Made by a program: the position numbers and the translations under genes. Below are positions 8,474 through 18,135 of a stretch of 64,000 bases of DNA, piece by piece. Below the pieces are notes generated by a model. The model worked only from the letters and a program-made list of their open reading frames with translations, did no database searches and was not told where the DNA came from. Positions within the stretch are counted from its first letter, which is position 1. Each line of letters starts with the position of its first letter. The DNA lies in the IMG/VR virus record IMGVR_UViG_3300042473_001265, positions 186,001-250,000 of that record. One strand, written 5' to 3'.

Positions 8474-10300
8474 ATGGCTGAACAAAAATCAGTAGGTAAT
8501 GGCAGAAACGGCGGCTGGCGCAAGTATTTCAAAGTCGCCGACGGTGGCGCCAACGGACAACTCAGCCCTATTTCTGGAAACAACGCCAATGGTTTGCCTG
8601 GTTACAATCGACAAACTGGGTCGGGCAGCAACACAGCCACTGGCAACGATTTTGCTTTTCGCAACTATGCCAGCCGATTACCCGAAGTATATTCAGGTCA
8701 TCCCAACCGTGTCGAACGCTACAATCAATATGAAAACATGGACATGGATTCAGAGATCAATGCATGTCTGGACATCATTGCTGAGTTCAGCACACAAAAC
8801 AACGAAGACAACAATACTCCGTTTGACATAGTGTTCAAAGATACTCCCACTGACCACGAAGTGGAAATTATTAAAAAACAACTGCAACAATGGTGCAAGT
8901 TGAACAAACTGGACCAGCGCATGTTCAAGCTGTTTCGCAACACCATCAAGTATGGTGATCAAGTGTTTGTGCGCGACCCAGAAACATTTGAAATGTACTG
9001 GGTTGACATGGTCAAAGTCAGCAGAGTCATTGTGAATGAAAGCGAAGGCAAGCGTCCCGAGCAGTATGTTATCCGTGACATCAATCCCAACTTTGAAAAT
9101 CTAAGTATTGCTCCCAAAACCACCAGCGATTACTATGTGAGCCGTGCCACAGGATCTGTGGGGCAGAACAACTACTCGGCACCCAATGGCGGCGGTGGAG
9201 GCGGCTATGGTGGATCAGCCGGCAACAGCAGATTCACACAGGCCATGAACGAAACCACAGTGGATGCCAAGCATGTGGTACACCTGAGCTTGAACGAAGG
9301 TCTTGACTATTTTTGGCCGTTTGGACAGAGTATTTTAGAAAATATTTTCAAAGTTTACAAACAAAAAGAACTGTTGGAAGACTCAGTGCTGATATATCGT
9401 GTGAGTCGTGCTCCAGAACGCAGAGTGTTCAAGATTGACGTTGGCAACATGCCCAGCCACATGGCCATGGCCTTTGTGGAACGAGTAAAAAATGAAATGC
9501 ATCAGCGCAGAATTCCCACTGTGAGTGGTGGCGGTGCCAACATGATGGATGCTGCATACAATCCATTGAGCATCAACGAAGATTACTTTTTTCCGCAAAC
9601 AGCCGATGGTCGTGGCAGCAGCGTAGACACCTTGCCCGGTGGCACAGGATTAGGCGAAATTGACGATTTGAAGTATTTCAACAACAAAATGGCTCGTGGT
9701 CTGCGTGTGCCATCCAGCTATTTGCCCACTGGTCCCGACGACTCAGACCGTACAATGAACGACGGAAAAGTAGGCACAGCCCTGATACAAGAGTACAGAT
9801 TCAACCAATACTGTGAACGACTACAGCGTTTGATCATGCAAAAACTTGATGATGAATTCAAGATGTTTATGAAATGGCGTGGATTCAACATCGACAACAG
9901 CATTTTTGATATTGTGTTGGGTCCACCACAAAACTTTGCAAGTTATCGTCAAGCAGAAATGGACACCAGCCGTGTGAGTACATTTGGCGCATTGGAACAA
10001 TTGCCCTACATGAGCAAGCGTTTCTTGATGGAACGATACCTGGGTCTGAGTCAGGAAGAAATTACTGAAAACGCAAAACTTTGGAAAGAAGAGCGCGACG
10101 AGCCTGATCTGCAAACCACACAAGGGCAGGATCTGCGTAGTATTGGCATTACCCCAGCCGGCATGGAAAGTGATATTCAAGCTGGTGAAGCATTGGCTGC
10201 AATGCCGCCCGAAGGCAGTGCTGATGTAGGTGCAGTACCTGGTGCACCGCCTGGTCCTGGAACAGCACCCTCGGCTGTTCCTCCGCCGCCAACTGCATAA
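8474..10300 (+). CDS. gp20: Portal vertex protein
   Basis: LLEDSVLIYRVSRAPERRVFKIDVGNMP, EDYFFP, LPGG..LGEIDDLKYF, LRVPSS motifs. Confidence 0.95.
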   Translation: MAEQKSVGNGRNGGWRKYFKVADGGANGQLSPISGNNANGLPGYNRQTGSGSNTATGNDFAFRNYASRLPEVYSGHPNRVERYNQYENMDMDSEINACLDIIAEFSTQNNEDNNTPFDIVFKDTPTDHEVEIIKKQLQQWCKLNKLDQRMFKLFRNTIKYGDQVFVRDPETFEMYWVDMVKVSRVIVNESEGKRPEQYVIRDINPNFENLSIAPKTTSDYYVSRATGSVGQNNYSAPNGGGGGGYGGSAGNSRFTQAMNETTVDAKHVVHLSLNEGLDYFWPFGQSILENIFKVYKQKELLEDSVLIYRVSRAPERRVFKIDVGNMPSHMAMAFVERVKNEMHQRRIPTVSGGGANMMDAAYNPLSINEDYFFPQTADGRGSSVDTLPGGTGLGEIDDLKYFNNKMARGLRVPSSYLPTGPDDSDRTMNDGKVGTALIQEYRFNQYCERLQRLIMQKLDDEFKMFMKWRGFNIDNSIFDIVLGPPQNFASYRQAEMDTSRVSTFGALEQLPYMSKRFLMERYLGLSQEEITENAKLWKEERDEPDLQTTQGQDLRSIGITPAGMESDIQAGEALAAMPPEGSADVGAVPGAPPGPGTAPSAVPPPPTA

Positions 10301-10308
10301 ATACCTGT

Positions 10309-10530
10309 ATGATTTTAAACGAACTGTATCAGAAGCAACCTGAAGGATATCAAGATATTTCTCAGGACAACAGTCAGCCTCAACGAGGTCAGCTTCGTAA
10401 AACTCGTTTGACTTTGCGACAGTTGAGCAAATTGCGTCAGATGAATGATGTTAGAACCTTTGAGTACAAAGAAAAACTCAAAGACATTCGCAAACAGTAC
10501 GCACCTCCAGCAGCGCCACCAGGCCTGTAA
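10309..10530 (+). CDS. Small head-module protein
   Basis: 73-aa ORF between portal and scaffold genes, with TAAATA 5 nt upstream. Confidence 0.7.
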   Translation: MILNELYQKQPEGYQDISQDNSQPQRGQLRKTRLTLRQLSKLRQMNDVRTFEYKEKLKDIRKQYAPPAAPPGL

Positions 10531-10540
10531 ATTTCCTTCA

Positions 10541-10566
10541 AAAACGCCACTTTTGGCGTTTAAATA
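10541..10566 (+). promoter_or_regulatory. Hairpin AAACGCCA-CTTT-TGGCGTTT adjoining a TAAATA late-promoter box
   Basis: Inverted repeat at 10542-10561; TAAATA at 10561-10566. Confidence 0.5.
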
Positions 10567-10629
10567 TGCTAAGTTTACTACTTTTGTGTAAGTAATAAAC
10601 ATGAGCCATAACCCTTTGGAGGAAACAAT

Positions 10630-11391
10630 ATGACATCAAAATTTGAACAGTTAATTGAATTCGTAATTAACGATGAAGACGCAAAAGCTAGAGAACTTTT
10701 CCATGATATCGTAGTTGAGAAATCTCGCGAAATCTATGAAAGTCTGATGGATGACGATCAAGACCCAGTCGAAGAAGGCATGGATCCAATGGAAATGAAC
10801 GACGGCGATGCTGCCGACGATTTGATCACTGACGTTGAGACTGAAGAAGAAGGTCTCAGCGAAGAAGACGACATGGATGCTGAGTTTGACGATGGCGCAG
10901 AACAAGCCGGCGATGATCTCACACATGACATCGAAGGTGCCCACGACGAAGGCGACATCGAAGATCGCGTGGTTGACTTAGAAGACAAGCTAGACGAACT
11001 AATGGCGGAATTTGAAGCCATGATGGGCGGCGATACTGGCGATCAAGATTCGGAAGAATTTGAAATAGATGCCGGTGGCGATTCAATGGAAATGGATGAC
11101 ACCGCTGACATTATGCCAGAAATGGGCATGATGGAAAACGTCGATCTCAAAGCTGCTCCAAAGCCAGTTACTTCAGAACCAGCTGGTACAAACAGCCGTT
11201 CCACAGTGGCTGCCAACAGTGGTGCCCGAGGCATGCAAGGTTCCCCAGTTAGAATGACTGGCGACACAGCCCAAGGCCGCCCTGCTCCGTCTGCTAAAGA
11301 CATGGGCATGACAACCAGTCCCAAGCAAGGCGCCGCTCCAAAGCCTGTTACAACACAAGCTGCTGGCGTAAACACCAAGTCTCCAGTCTAA
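10630..11391 (+). CDS. Acidic prohead core/scaffold-associated protein
   Basis: Very Asp/Glu-rich; lies between portal and protease genes, the position of T4 gp67/68; GGAGG SD. Confidence 0.7.
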   Translation: MTSKFEQLIEFVINDEDAKARELFHDIVVEKSREIYESLMDDDQDPVEEGMDPMEMNDGDAADDLITDVETEEEGLSEEDDMDAEFDDGAEQAGDDLTHDIEGAHDEGDIEDRVVDLEDKLDELMAEFEAMMGGDTGDQDSEEFEIDAGGDSMEMDDTADIMPEMGMMENVDLKAAPKPVTSEPAGTNSRSTVAANSGARGMQGSPVRMTGDTAQGRPAPSAKDMGMTTSPKQGAAPKPVTTQAAGVNTKSPV

Positions 11392-11397
11392 GAGAAT

Positions 11398-12045
11398 ATG
11401 GCTCGTTATCTACAAGAACATCTCAGCTTCTCGCAAGCGCAGGTAAAACTGCTGAGCGAGGACGCTGTTGATGGCTCTGGTAAAACCCTTTACATGCAAG
11501 GCATCTGCATTGAAGGTGACAAGCGCAATGCTAACGAAAGAATATACCCGGCTCACGAGATCCGCAAAGCAGTTGGCACTATCAATGAACAACTTGAAAA
11601 TGGCAACTCGGTATTAGGTGAAGTAGATCATCCTGATGATCTTAAAATTAACTTGGATCGTGTCAGCCACATGATAGACAAAATGTGGTGCGACGGCGCA
11701 ATAGGTTATGGAAAATTAAAAATATTACCAACCCCAATGGGTCAACTGGTTAAAACCATGTTGGACAGCGGTGTTAAATTAGGTGTTTCAAGTCGTGGGT
11801 CAGGAAACGTCGACGACAGAACAGGACATGTCAGTGACTTTGAAATCGTCACTGTAGATGTAGTTGCACAACCCAGTGCTCCAAATGCATATCCCACAGC
11901 AATTTACGAAGGACTCATGAATATGAAGTACGGACATAGATTGTTGGAAGTGGCACGCGAAGCCGGTGCGGACAACAAAGTACAAAGATATTTGACCAGC
12001 GAAGTAAAAAAGCTGATCAGAGATCTTAAAATTAGGGAGGAATAA
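11398..12045 (+). CDS. gp21: Prohead core protease
   Basis: NANERIYP, LGEVDHP, LGVSSRGSG, DVVAQPSAPNAY. Confidence 0.95.
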   Translation: MARYLQEHLSFSQAQVKLLSEDAVDGSGKTLYMQGICIEGDKRNANERIYPAHEIRKAVGTINEQLENGNSVLGEVDHPDDLKINLDRVSHMIDKMWCDGAIGYGKLKILPTPMGQLVKTMLDSGVKLGVSSRGSGNVDDRTGHVSDFEIVTVDVVAQPSAPNAYPTAIYEGLMNMKYGHRLLEVAREAGADNKVQRYLTSEVKKLIRDLKIREE

Positions 12046-12047
12046 GC

Positions 12048-13148
12048 ATGTTAGATGCTATTAAACCGTTACTAGATAGCGATTTGATCACCGAGGAAAC
12101 TCGCCAGGAGATCTCTGAAGCTTGGGAAGCCAAGATGACAGAAGCTCGTGAACAAGTTCGTGCGGAACTTCGTGAGGAGTTTGCACAGCGCTACGAACAT
12201 GACAAAACAGTGATGGTGGAAGCCCTAGATCGTATGGTTACAGATGGTCTGACCGCAGAGATCCAAGCAGTTGCAGCTGAAAAGCAAGCACTTGCTGAAG
12301 ACCGCGTTAAATTCACTGGCAAAATGAAAGAATCCGCAACGAAGTTTAACAGCTTTATGGTTTCTAAATTAGCCGAAGAAATTGGCGAACTGCGCAAAGA
12401 TCGCAAGCAGCACAACGAAGGCCTCCAGAAATTGGAAGGATTCATTGTGCATGCATTGGCCCGTGAGATTCAAGAATTTGCGACTGACAAACGAGATGTT
12501 GTAGAAACAAAAGTTCGTCTAGTTCGTGAAGCACGAGGCCAGTTGGAATCATTGAAGCGCAGATTCGTAAAAGAATCTGCACAGAAAATGACTCAGTCTG
12601 TAAGTCGTCATCTAAAGGCCGAACTCAGCCAACTACACGAAGACATTAAAGTTGCTCGCGAGAACAATTTTGGTCGTCGTATTTTTGAAGCATATGCCAG
12701 TGAATTTGGTGCTACCCATCTCAATGAGAAAGCGGAAGTACGCAAGTTACACGACACCATTGCACACAAAGATGCCAAGTTGTCTGAAGCCATCAAACTT
12801 ATTAAGAACGCAAAAGTTCTTAACGAGTCCAAAGAGCGTGAAATACGCATGATCAAGGAATCCAATGAGCGTCAAAGCACATTAGATGACTTGCTGGCTC
12901 CCTTAAACCGGGAAAAAGCAGCGGTCATGAGTAGTTTACTCGAAAGCGTCCAAACTAGCCGTTTGAAAAACGCATTTGAAAAGTATCTTCCAGCTGTTCT
13001 AACAGACCGCTCTGTAAAAGCCCCAAAAGTGATTACAGAATCCGTGTCCACAGTCACTGGCGATAAATCTGCCCGTAGCCAATATGAAGAAGAAACTGCT
13101 GAACACAGCAATGTAATCGACATCAAGCGGTTGGCAGGGTTGAATTAA
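12048..13148 (+). CDS. gp22: Prohead scaffolding protein
   Basis: Coiled-coil, Glu/Lys-rich ORF between protease and major capsid genes. Confidence 0.8.
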   Translation: MLDAIKPLLDSDLITEETRQEISEAWEAKMTEAREQVRAELREEFAQRYEHDKTVMVEALDRMVTDGLTAEIQAVAAEKQALAEDRVKFTGKMKESATKFNSFMVSKLAEEIGELRKDRKQHNEGLQKLEGFIVHALAREIQEFATDKRDVVETKVRLVREARGQLESLKRRFVKESAQKMTQSVSRHLKAELSQLHEDIKVARENNFGRRIFEAYASEFGATHLNEKAEVRKLHDTIAHKDAKLSEAIKLIKNAKVLNESKEREIRMIKESNERQSTLDDLLAPLNREKAAVMSSLLESVQTSRLKNAFEKYLPAVLTDRSVKAPKVITESVSTVTGDKSARSQYEEETAEHSNVIDIKRLAGLN

Positions 13149-13166
13149 TTTTAAAGGAGACATTAA

Positions 13167-14375
13167 ATGTCACAACAATTATTAGAAGGTCGCTGGGACG
13201 AGACCAAGGAAGCACTGCTTGAAGGTCTAAACGGTTCAAAGCGTAGTAGTATGAACGTTATTCTTGAGAATACTCGTAAGTACTTGAAAGAGAATGCAAG
13301 TGCTGGTTCCACAGCATCTGGTAACATTGCCACATTAAACCGTGTGATTCTGCCAGTGATTCGACGTGTTATGCCAACTGTTATTGCTAACGAGTTGGTT
13401 GGCGTTCAGCCAATGACAGGTCCGGTTGGTCAGATCCACACTCTGCGTGTGCGTTACGCCTCTGCGTTGACAGACAATTCAGCTGCACAAACAAGTGTTG
13501 CTGCTGGTCAAGAAGCACTGAGCCCGTTCACAATTGCCACAGCTTATTCATCAAGCCCAGCTGCTGCTGCTAACGCAGGCACAACTACTACCAACTACCA
13601 GGGCGCTAGCACAGCATCCATGGAAGGTAACGGCGGTAAGACTGTGTCTGTTCAAATCTTGAAGCAAGCTGTTGAAGCTAAAACTCGTAAGCTACAGGCT
13701 CGCTGGACATTTGAATCTGCACAAGACGCACAAGCCATGCATGGTATTGACGTTGAAGCAGAAATCATGGCTGCTCTTGCACAAGAGATTACAGCTGAGA
13801 TTGACCAAGAGATTTTACTCAGCTTGAGCAGTCTGGCTGCCACTGAGTACACATACAACCAAGCTACTGTGAGTGGTACTGCTACATTCGTTGGTGATGA
13901 ACACGCTGCTCTAGCTGTTCTGATCAATCGTGTTGCCAACCTGATCGCTCAGCGTACACGTCGTGGCGCTGGTAACTGGGCTGTTGTTTCACCAGCTAGT
14001 TTGACAGTGCTGCAAAGTGCTACTACCAGTGCGTTTGCTCGTACTACAGAAGGCACATTCGAAGCACCTACAAACACCAAGTTTGTTGGTACATTGAACG
14101 GCGCAATGCGTGTGTTTGTTAACAGCTATGCTAACGATTCGTCACCAGTTCTGGTCGGATACAAAGGTTCTAGTGAGGCTGATGCAGCCGCATTCTATTG
14201 CCCTTACATTCCGTTGATGAGCTCTGGTGTTGTGTTGGATCCAAGCACATTCGAACCAGTCGTGTCATTCATGACAAGATATGGCTTCGTCGAATTGACA
14301 AATACTGCAAGCAGTTTTGGTAACGCTGCCGATTATGTTGGCGAAATAGCAGTACAAAACCTTAGTTTCTCCTAA
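13167..14375 (+). CDS. gp23: Major capsid protein
   Basis: GVQPMTGPVGQI, VEAKTRKLQARWT.E..QD..A.HG.D.EAE, FYCPYIPL, FMTRYG. Confidence 0.97.
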   Translation: MSQQLLEGRWDETKEALLEGLNGSKRSSMNVILENTRKYLKENASAGSTASGNIATLNRVILPVIRRVMPTVIANELVGVQPMTGPVGQIHTLRVRYASALTDNSAAQTSVAAGQEALSPFTIATAYSSSPAAAANAGTTTTNYQGASTASMEGNGGKTVSVQILKQAVEAKTRKLQARWTFESAQDAQAMHGIDVEAEIMAALAQEITAEIDQEILLSLSSLAATEYTYNQATVSGTATFVGDEHAALAVLINRVANLIAQRTRRGAGNWAVVSPASLTVLQSATTSAFARTTEGTFEAPTNTKFVGTLNGAMRVFVNSYANDSSPVLVGYKGSSEADAAAFYCPYIPLMSSGVVLDPSTFEPVVSFMTRYGFVELTNTASSFGNAADYVGEIAVQNLSFS

Positions 14376-14418
14376 TCAGAGATTGTTTGTTTTATTCATC
14401 TCAGGGATGGGAAGAATC

Positions 14419-14444
14419 AAAAAAGCGCCGCAAGGCGCTTTTTT
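14419..14444 (+). terminator. Rho-independent terminator after gp23
   Basis: AAAAAAGCGCC-GCAA-GGCGCTTTTTT. Confidence 0.9.
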
Positions 14445-14445
14445 G

Positions 14446-14474
14446 TTGACTTATGTATCTATAAATGTTATTAT
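14446..14474 (+). promoter_or_regulatory. Sigma70-like promoter for the HNH gene
   Basis: TTGACT-17 nt-TATTAT with TG extension. Confidence 0.5.
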
Positions 14475-14499
14475 AGAGCTTACTAACATAAATAAACAT

Positions 14500-15249
14500 A
14501 TGAACAAATATAACCAATGGTACAAAAATATTACAGAACAAGCTAAAAATCGTGTTCTGGAAACATATACTGAAAGTCATCATATAGTGCCTCGTAGTTT
14601 AGGTGGCAGTGATGACCCAGACAATCTAGTCAATCTTACAGCCAGAGAGCATTTTATTTGTCATTGGCTATTAGTTAAAATAACAGTAGGAGACTCTAGA
14701 TCTAAAATGATCTATGCTTTGCGTATGCTAAGAGCAGAAAAACACGGACAACAACGATATCATACCAAAATTACTAGTAGAGTTTATGAAAGTATTAAAC
14801 AAGAATATTCTAAAATAGCGTCAAACAACAGCATGGGAGAAAAAAATTCCATGTGGGGTAAAACACACACCCCAGAAGCAAGAGAAAAAATTAGACAAAA
14901 GAATTTAGGAAATAAACTAACACCAGACCAACATGCTAGATTGGTAGCAAACACAACTGGTAAAAAGAAACCTCCTATCACTGAAGCACATAGAGCAAAG
15001 TTATCTGATAATCATAAAAGCAAGCAACCTGATTTTAATGGGTCGTTGTCAGATGATACTCGTAAAAAAATTGGCGATAAAATTCGTGGTCGCAAACAGA
15101 CCGAAGAAGAAAAACTGGTTCGCAGTTTGGCCAACATGGGCAAGAAGCGTGAGAAACGACTCTGTCCGCACTGTGATCAACTAGTGGCAGTGAATGGGTA
15201 CGCTCGCTGGCACGGTGCCCATTGCCGCCACCGGATAAATATGTCATGA
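14500..15249 (+). mobile_element. Free-standing HNH homing endonuclease with NUMOD3 DNA-binding repeats
   Basis: ESHHIVPRSLGGSDDPDNLVNLTAREHFICHWLL; repeats MWGKTHTPEAREKI and similar. Start reassigned to ATG 14500, which follows TAAATA. Confidence 0.88.
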
Positions 15250-15380
15250 TCAACCAAATAAAATACTCGGGCCTGTTTCCAGAACCGCATATCAGTCCAG
15301 TGGGCACCGTCCTGGGACTTAATCAACCTCAACCGCAGCCAGCAGTGGTGCCAGTGGCGCAGCAGCCCGTTAAATCTTAA
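15246..15380 (+). CDS. 44-aa Pro/Gln/Val-rich small protein (below the ORF-track cutoff)
   Basis: MINQIKYSGLFPEPHISPVGTVLGLNQPQPQPAVVPVAQQPVKS*; TAAATA 4 nt upstream; ATGA overlap with the HNH stop. Confidence 0.55.
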   Translation: MINQIKYSGLFPEPHISPVGTVLGLNQPQPQPAVVPVAQQPVKS

Positions 15381-16530
15381 ACAGTTTCAAGTGTAGGTTG
15401 ATTCGTTTGACCACCGTAGCCCAGTCGCCCATTGCAGGTTGTCGGAATAGTCTGGCTGTGGCATACCACGGAGTATCGTCTCGGTTCAACAGCCAGCGCC
15501 AGCATAGTCCATAACTGTTCAGCATGATCCAAGTGGGCTTGCCCAGAGCAGCAGCCAAGTGTGCAGTAGCAGTGTCCACACTCACAACCACATCAAGATT
15601 GGTCATCAATGCAGCAGTGTCATTGAATGTGGGCAAGCCACCGGGAAAACAATGAACCCCTGCTGCTACCAATTGCGCTTGTTCCGCCGCGGTGCAATCC
15701 GTTTGCAAGTTGTACCAGTCATAGTCAGTGTTGGATTGGATCAACTCCAGCATGGTTTCAAATGGCATTCCCTTGTGTTGGTTGATCCAACTGTCCCTGC
15801 GTCCTGACCAGGCAAATCCCACTCGTAATTTATGCTTGGCGCCTAGGTTCCTTCGCCAATCGTCAATGAGATTACGATCGGGTTTTAAATACTGTATGGT
15901 TGAGGGCAAGTTTTCCACACGCACATTTATTCGACCCGGAATAGTCATCAAGGGAATCCAATAATCAAAATGATCACCAGGCGATTGCGTATAAGTCAAC
16001 ACTGTGACACCTTGTCCCACATCACTGCTTTGAATCAGTGTGACCATGGCATCAGTAACTTGTATGGTCACAACAGCACCAATGTTTTTTAAGTTTTGTA
16101 CAAATCGCACAAACTGTATGATATCACCATGACCTTGTTCGCCACGAACAAAAATAGTCTTGCCTGTCAATTCTTCACCGTTCCAAACGGGCCAAGGATA
16201 ATCAGGCAAGGTGCCTTTCAAATGTTCAAAGTTGTGTCTTGCTTCGTATGCAGGCCATCCACGCTCATAGTCACCACTCATCAAATAAGCAACAGCAAGA
16301 TTAAAGTGATTGGTCACTGTGCCAGGATCCAGCTGTATGGCTCGTTGGTTGAACGGAATGGCGCCCTCAGGATCTCCCAGTTCTCTCAACACATTGCCGT
16401 AGTTGTTGAATGCACTGGCACTAGATCGATCTCCAACCATGGCATGCATGTACTGCTGTAAGGCCAGTTCTGGTTGATGTTGTTCTCTAAAGGTGTTGCC
16501 CTGGGCAATGAGTAATTCTGTGTTTTGCAT
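15370..16530 (-). CDS. TPR-repeat protein with a GT-B (GT9-like) glycosyltransferase domain
   Basis: TPRs (AFNNYGNVLRELG, HFNLAVAYL), EQGHGDIIQFVRF, LDVVVSVDTATAHLAAALGKPTW, WYATARLFRQ. Start set at ATG 16530. Confidence 0.85.
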   Translation of the reverse strand: MQNTELLIAQGNTFREQHQPELALQQYMHAMVGDRSSASAFNNYGNVLRELGDPEGAIPFNQRAIQLDPGTVTNHFNLAVAYLMSGDYERGWPAYEARHNFEHLKGTLPDYPWPVWNGEELTGKTIFVRGEQGHGDIIQFVRFVQNLKNIGAVVTIQVTDAMVTLIQSSDVGQGVTVLTYTQSPGDHFDYWIPLMTIPGRINVRVENLPSTIQYLKPDRNLIDDWRRNLGAKHKLRVGFAWSGRRDSWINQHKGMPFETMLELIQSNTDYDWYNLQTDCTAAEQAQLVAAGVHCFPGGLPTFNDTAALMTNLDVVVSVDTATAHLAAALGKPTWIMLNSYGLCWRWLLNRDDTPWYATARLFRQPAMGDWATVVKRINLHLKLFKI

Positions 16531-16577
16531 GGCAATATTTACACAGTATTGGGGCAGGTTGAAAATATCATTACAGC

Positions 16578-16670
16578 TAAATAACACTAACGCAATACTG
16601 TGTTTTATGCGGCACACCAGCCGCGTAGTAGGCTAGAACCTGCATCGGACTTCTTTAAGGAGAAAACAAA
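16578..16670 (+). promoter_or_regulatory. Late promoter and structured 5' leader
   Basis: TAAATA at 16578-16583; hairpins at 16589-16604, 16606-16627 and 16628-16643; AAGGAG SD. Confidence 0.55.
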
Positions 16671-17486
16671 ATGGGTCGTCCTCTAAAAATTCAAAAATAT
16701 TCTGCCAATTCTGGCATCAACTCACCTGGCGCTGCTGTTGCTATTGACCAGGGTTACAATCCGTTTGCTGCACCCACTGCATTGGACACTGCCACTGTGG
16801 TACTACCAAGCCCGGCAACATCACCATTGCCATTTACCGGCGTGGTTGGCGGTATTGACGGCGCTGGAGTCAGCACTACATATCCCATTGTTTCAGTCAC
16901 TTGCAACATTGAAAACAGCTATTCTGGATCTGCTGCTGGCGCAATTATTCGCCAGAAAGGTTCTCACAAATTCCTAGTGGCCACTACCACTGCTATTGAT
17001 CCTGAAAATGCAGTAGTTGGCGTTGCTCTTCAGATTGCAGTGCTGGGCGATACAGACTGGCAAGCCATGGGTGCTCCAGTTGGCGCCGATGTTGGTACCT
17101 TGTTCACTGCAACAGCAGCCGCAGGCGCAGGCACATCTGGCACAGCATTTGAAGTTGGTCAGTGTGTGTTGGCCAACGATGCAACTCCGGCCGCTGGCGA
17201 AATGAACATTGCAATGGCAGTGTCCAACGACAGTACCAATGTTTACATCAGCAAATTGACCAACAAGTTTGTACAAGACTTCAACGGTGGCGGCACTGGT
17301 GGTGTTGCCAACACTGGCGATGTTTGGGCATACACAGATGTAGTTGACGACATCGAGTATGCAGCTAACTTCTTCACTGACGTGTCTACATTTGCCAAAT
17401 CTGGTGCAGAAGTTGCTACTTGGGCAAGTACTCAACAAAACAGTGATGGCACTTTGGGACTGGCACAAGTTGACAGTACAACCTAA
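16671..17486 (+). CDS. Putative virion structural protein
   Basis: Ala/Gly/Thr-rich; strong SD, late promoter and its own terminator; MGRPLK..IIRQKGSHKFLV. Confidence 0.7.
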   Translation: MGRPLKIQKYSANSGINSPGAAVAIDQGYNPFAAPTALDTATVVLPSPATSPLPFTGVVGGIDGAGVSTTYPIVSVTCNIENSYSGSAAGAIIRQKGSHKFLVATTTAIDPENAVVGVALQIAVLGDTDWQAMGAPVGADVGTLFTATAAAGAGTSGTAFEVGQCVLANDATPAAGEMNIAMAVSNDSTNVYISKLTNKFVQDFNGGGTGGVANTGDVWAYTDVVDDIEYAANFFTDVSTFAKSGAEVATWASTQQNSDGTLGLAQVDSTT

Positions 17487-17515
17487 TAGTTCAGTTAGGT
17501 AATTTTCAACAGCCG

Positions 17516-17547
17516 ATCCCCGCAGTTAAATACTGTGGGGATTTTTT
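17516..17547 (+). terminator. Terminator hairpin carrying TAAATA in its loop
   Basis: ATCCCCGCAGT-TAAAT-ACTGTGGGGAT-TTTTT. Confidence 0.7.
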
Positions 17548-18135
17548 ATGACCGTAGCATTTGTGTTGGGAAACGGCGTCAGCAGGTCTGGCCTTCCGTT
17601 GGAACAGATTCAAAAATTGGGAAAAATTTATGGGTGTAATGCTCTCTACAGAGAGTTTACACCTGACGTTCTTGTGGCCACAGATCGTGCCATCGCTCAG
17701 CGAATACAAGAAACAGGATATTCTGCTAAAAATAAATTTTATACTCGCAAACCCATGGACGGCTTAGGTGCTCTGCGTGTGCCAACAGAATATTACGGAT
17801 TCAGTTCAGGTCCAAATGCAGTGGGCATTGCAGCCTTGGATCAGCACAATAAAATTTATATTCTAGGATTTGACATGGGACCAAGCGTACACAATCAATT
17901 CAACAACATATACGAAGGTACAGAGTTCTACAAGCCATCAGGATCCACACCCACTTATACTGGAAATTGGGTAAAACAATTGGCAAAGATAACAAAAGAT
18001 TTCTCAAACACCCAATTTATTCGCGTTTGCGGCAATACTACAGCACGATTACCAACTTTGGATAATATTACAAATTTGTCTCATGAGGATTTGGCCACCT
18101 TTCAAATGCGGATAAATAATCAAAAGGATCTATAA
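17548..18135 (+). CDS. Maf/DUF115 (MptE-like; glycosyltransferase-related fold) protein
   Basis: AFVLGNGVSR, YGCNALYR..PDVLVATD, SSGPNA, IYILGFDM. Confidence 0.6.
   Translation: MTVAFVLGNGVSRSGLPLEQIQKLGKIYGCNALYREFTPDVLVATDRAIAQRIQETGYSAKNKFYTRKPMDGLGALRVPTEYYGFSSGPNAVGIAALDQHNKIYILGFDMGPSVHNQFNNIYEGTEFYKPSGSTPTYTGNWVKQLAKITKDFSNTQFIRVCGNTTARLPTLDNITNLSHEDLATFQMRINNQKDL

Noticed and set aside
14383-14499. N-terminal extension of the HNH ORF given in the track
   Set aside because: It runs through the gp23 terminator and promoter elements; ATG 14500 fits better.
16531-16617. N-terminal extension of the TPR-GT ORF
   Set aside because: It overlaps divergent promoter and leader elements; TAAATA-N5-ATG points to 16530.
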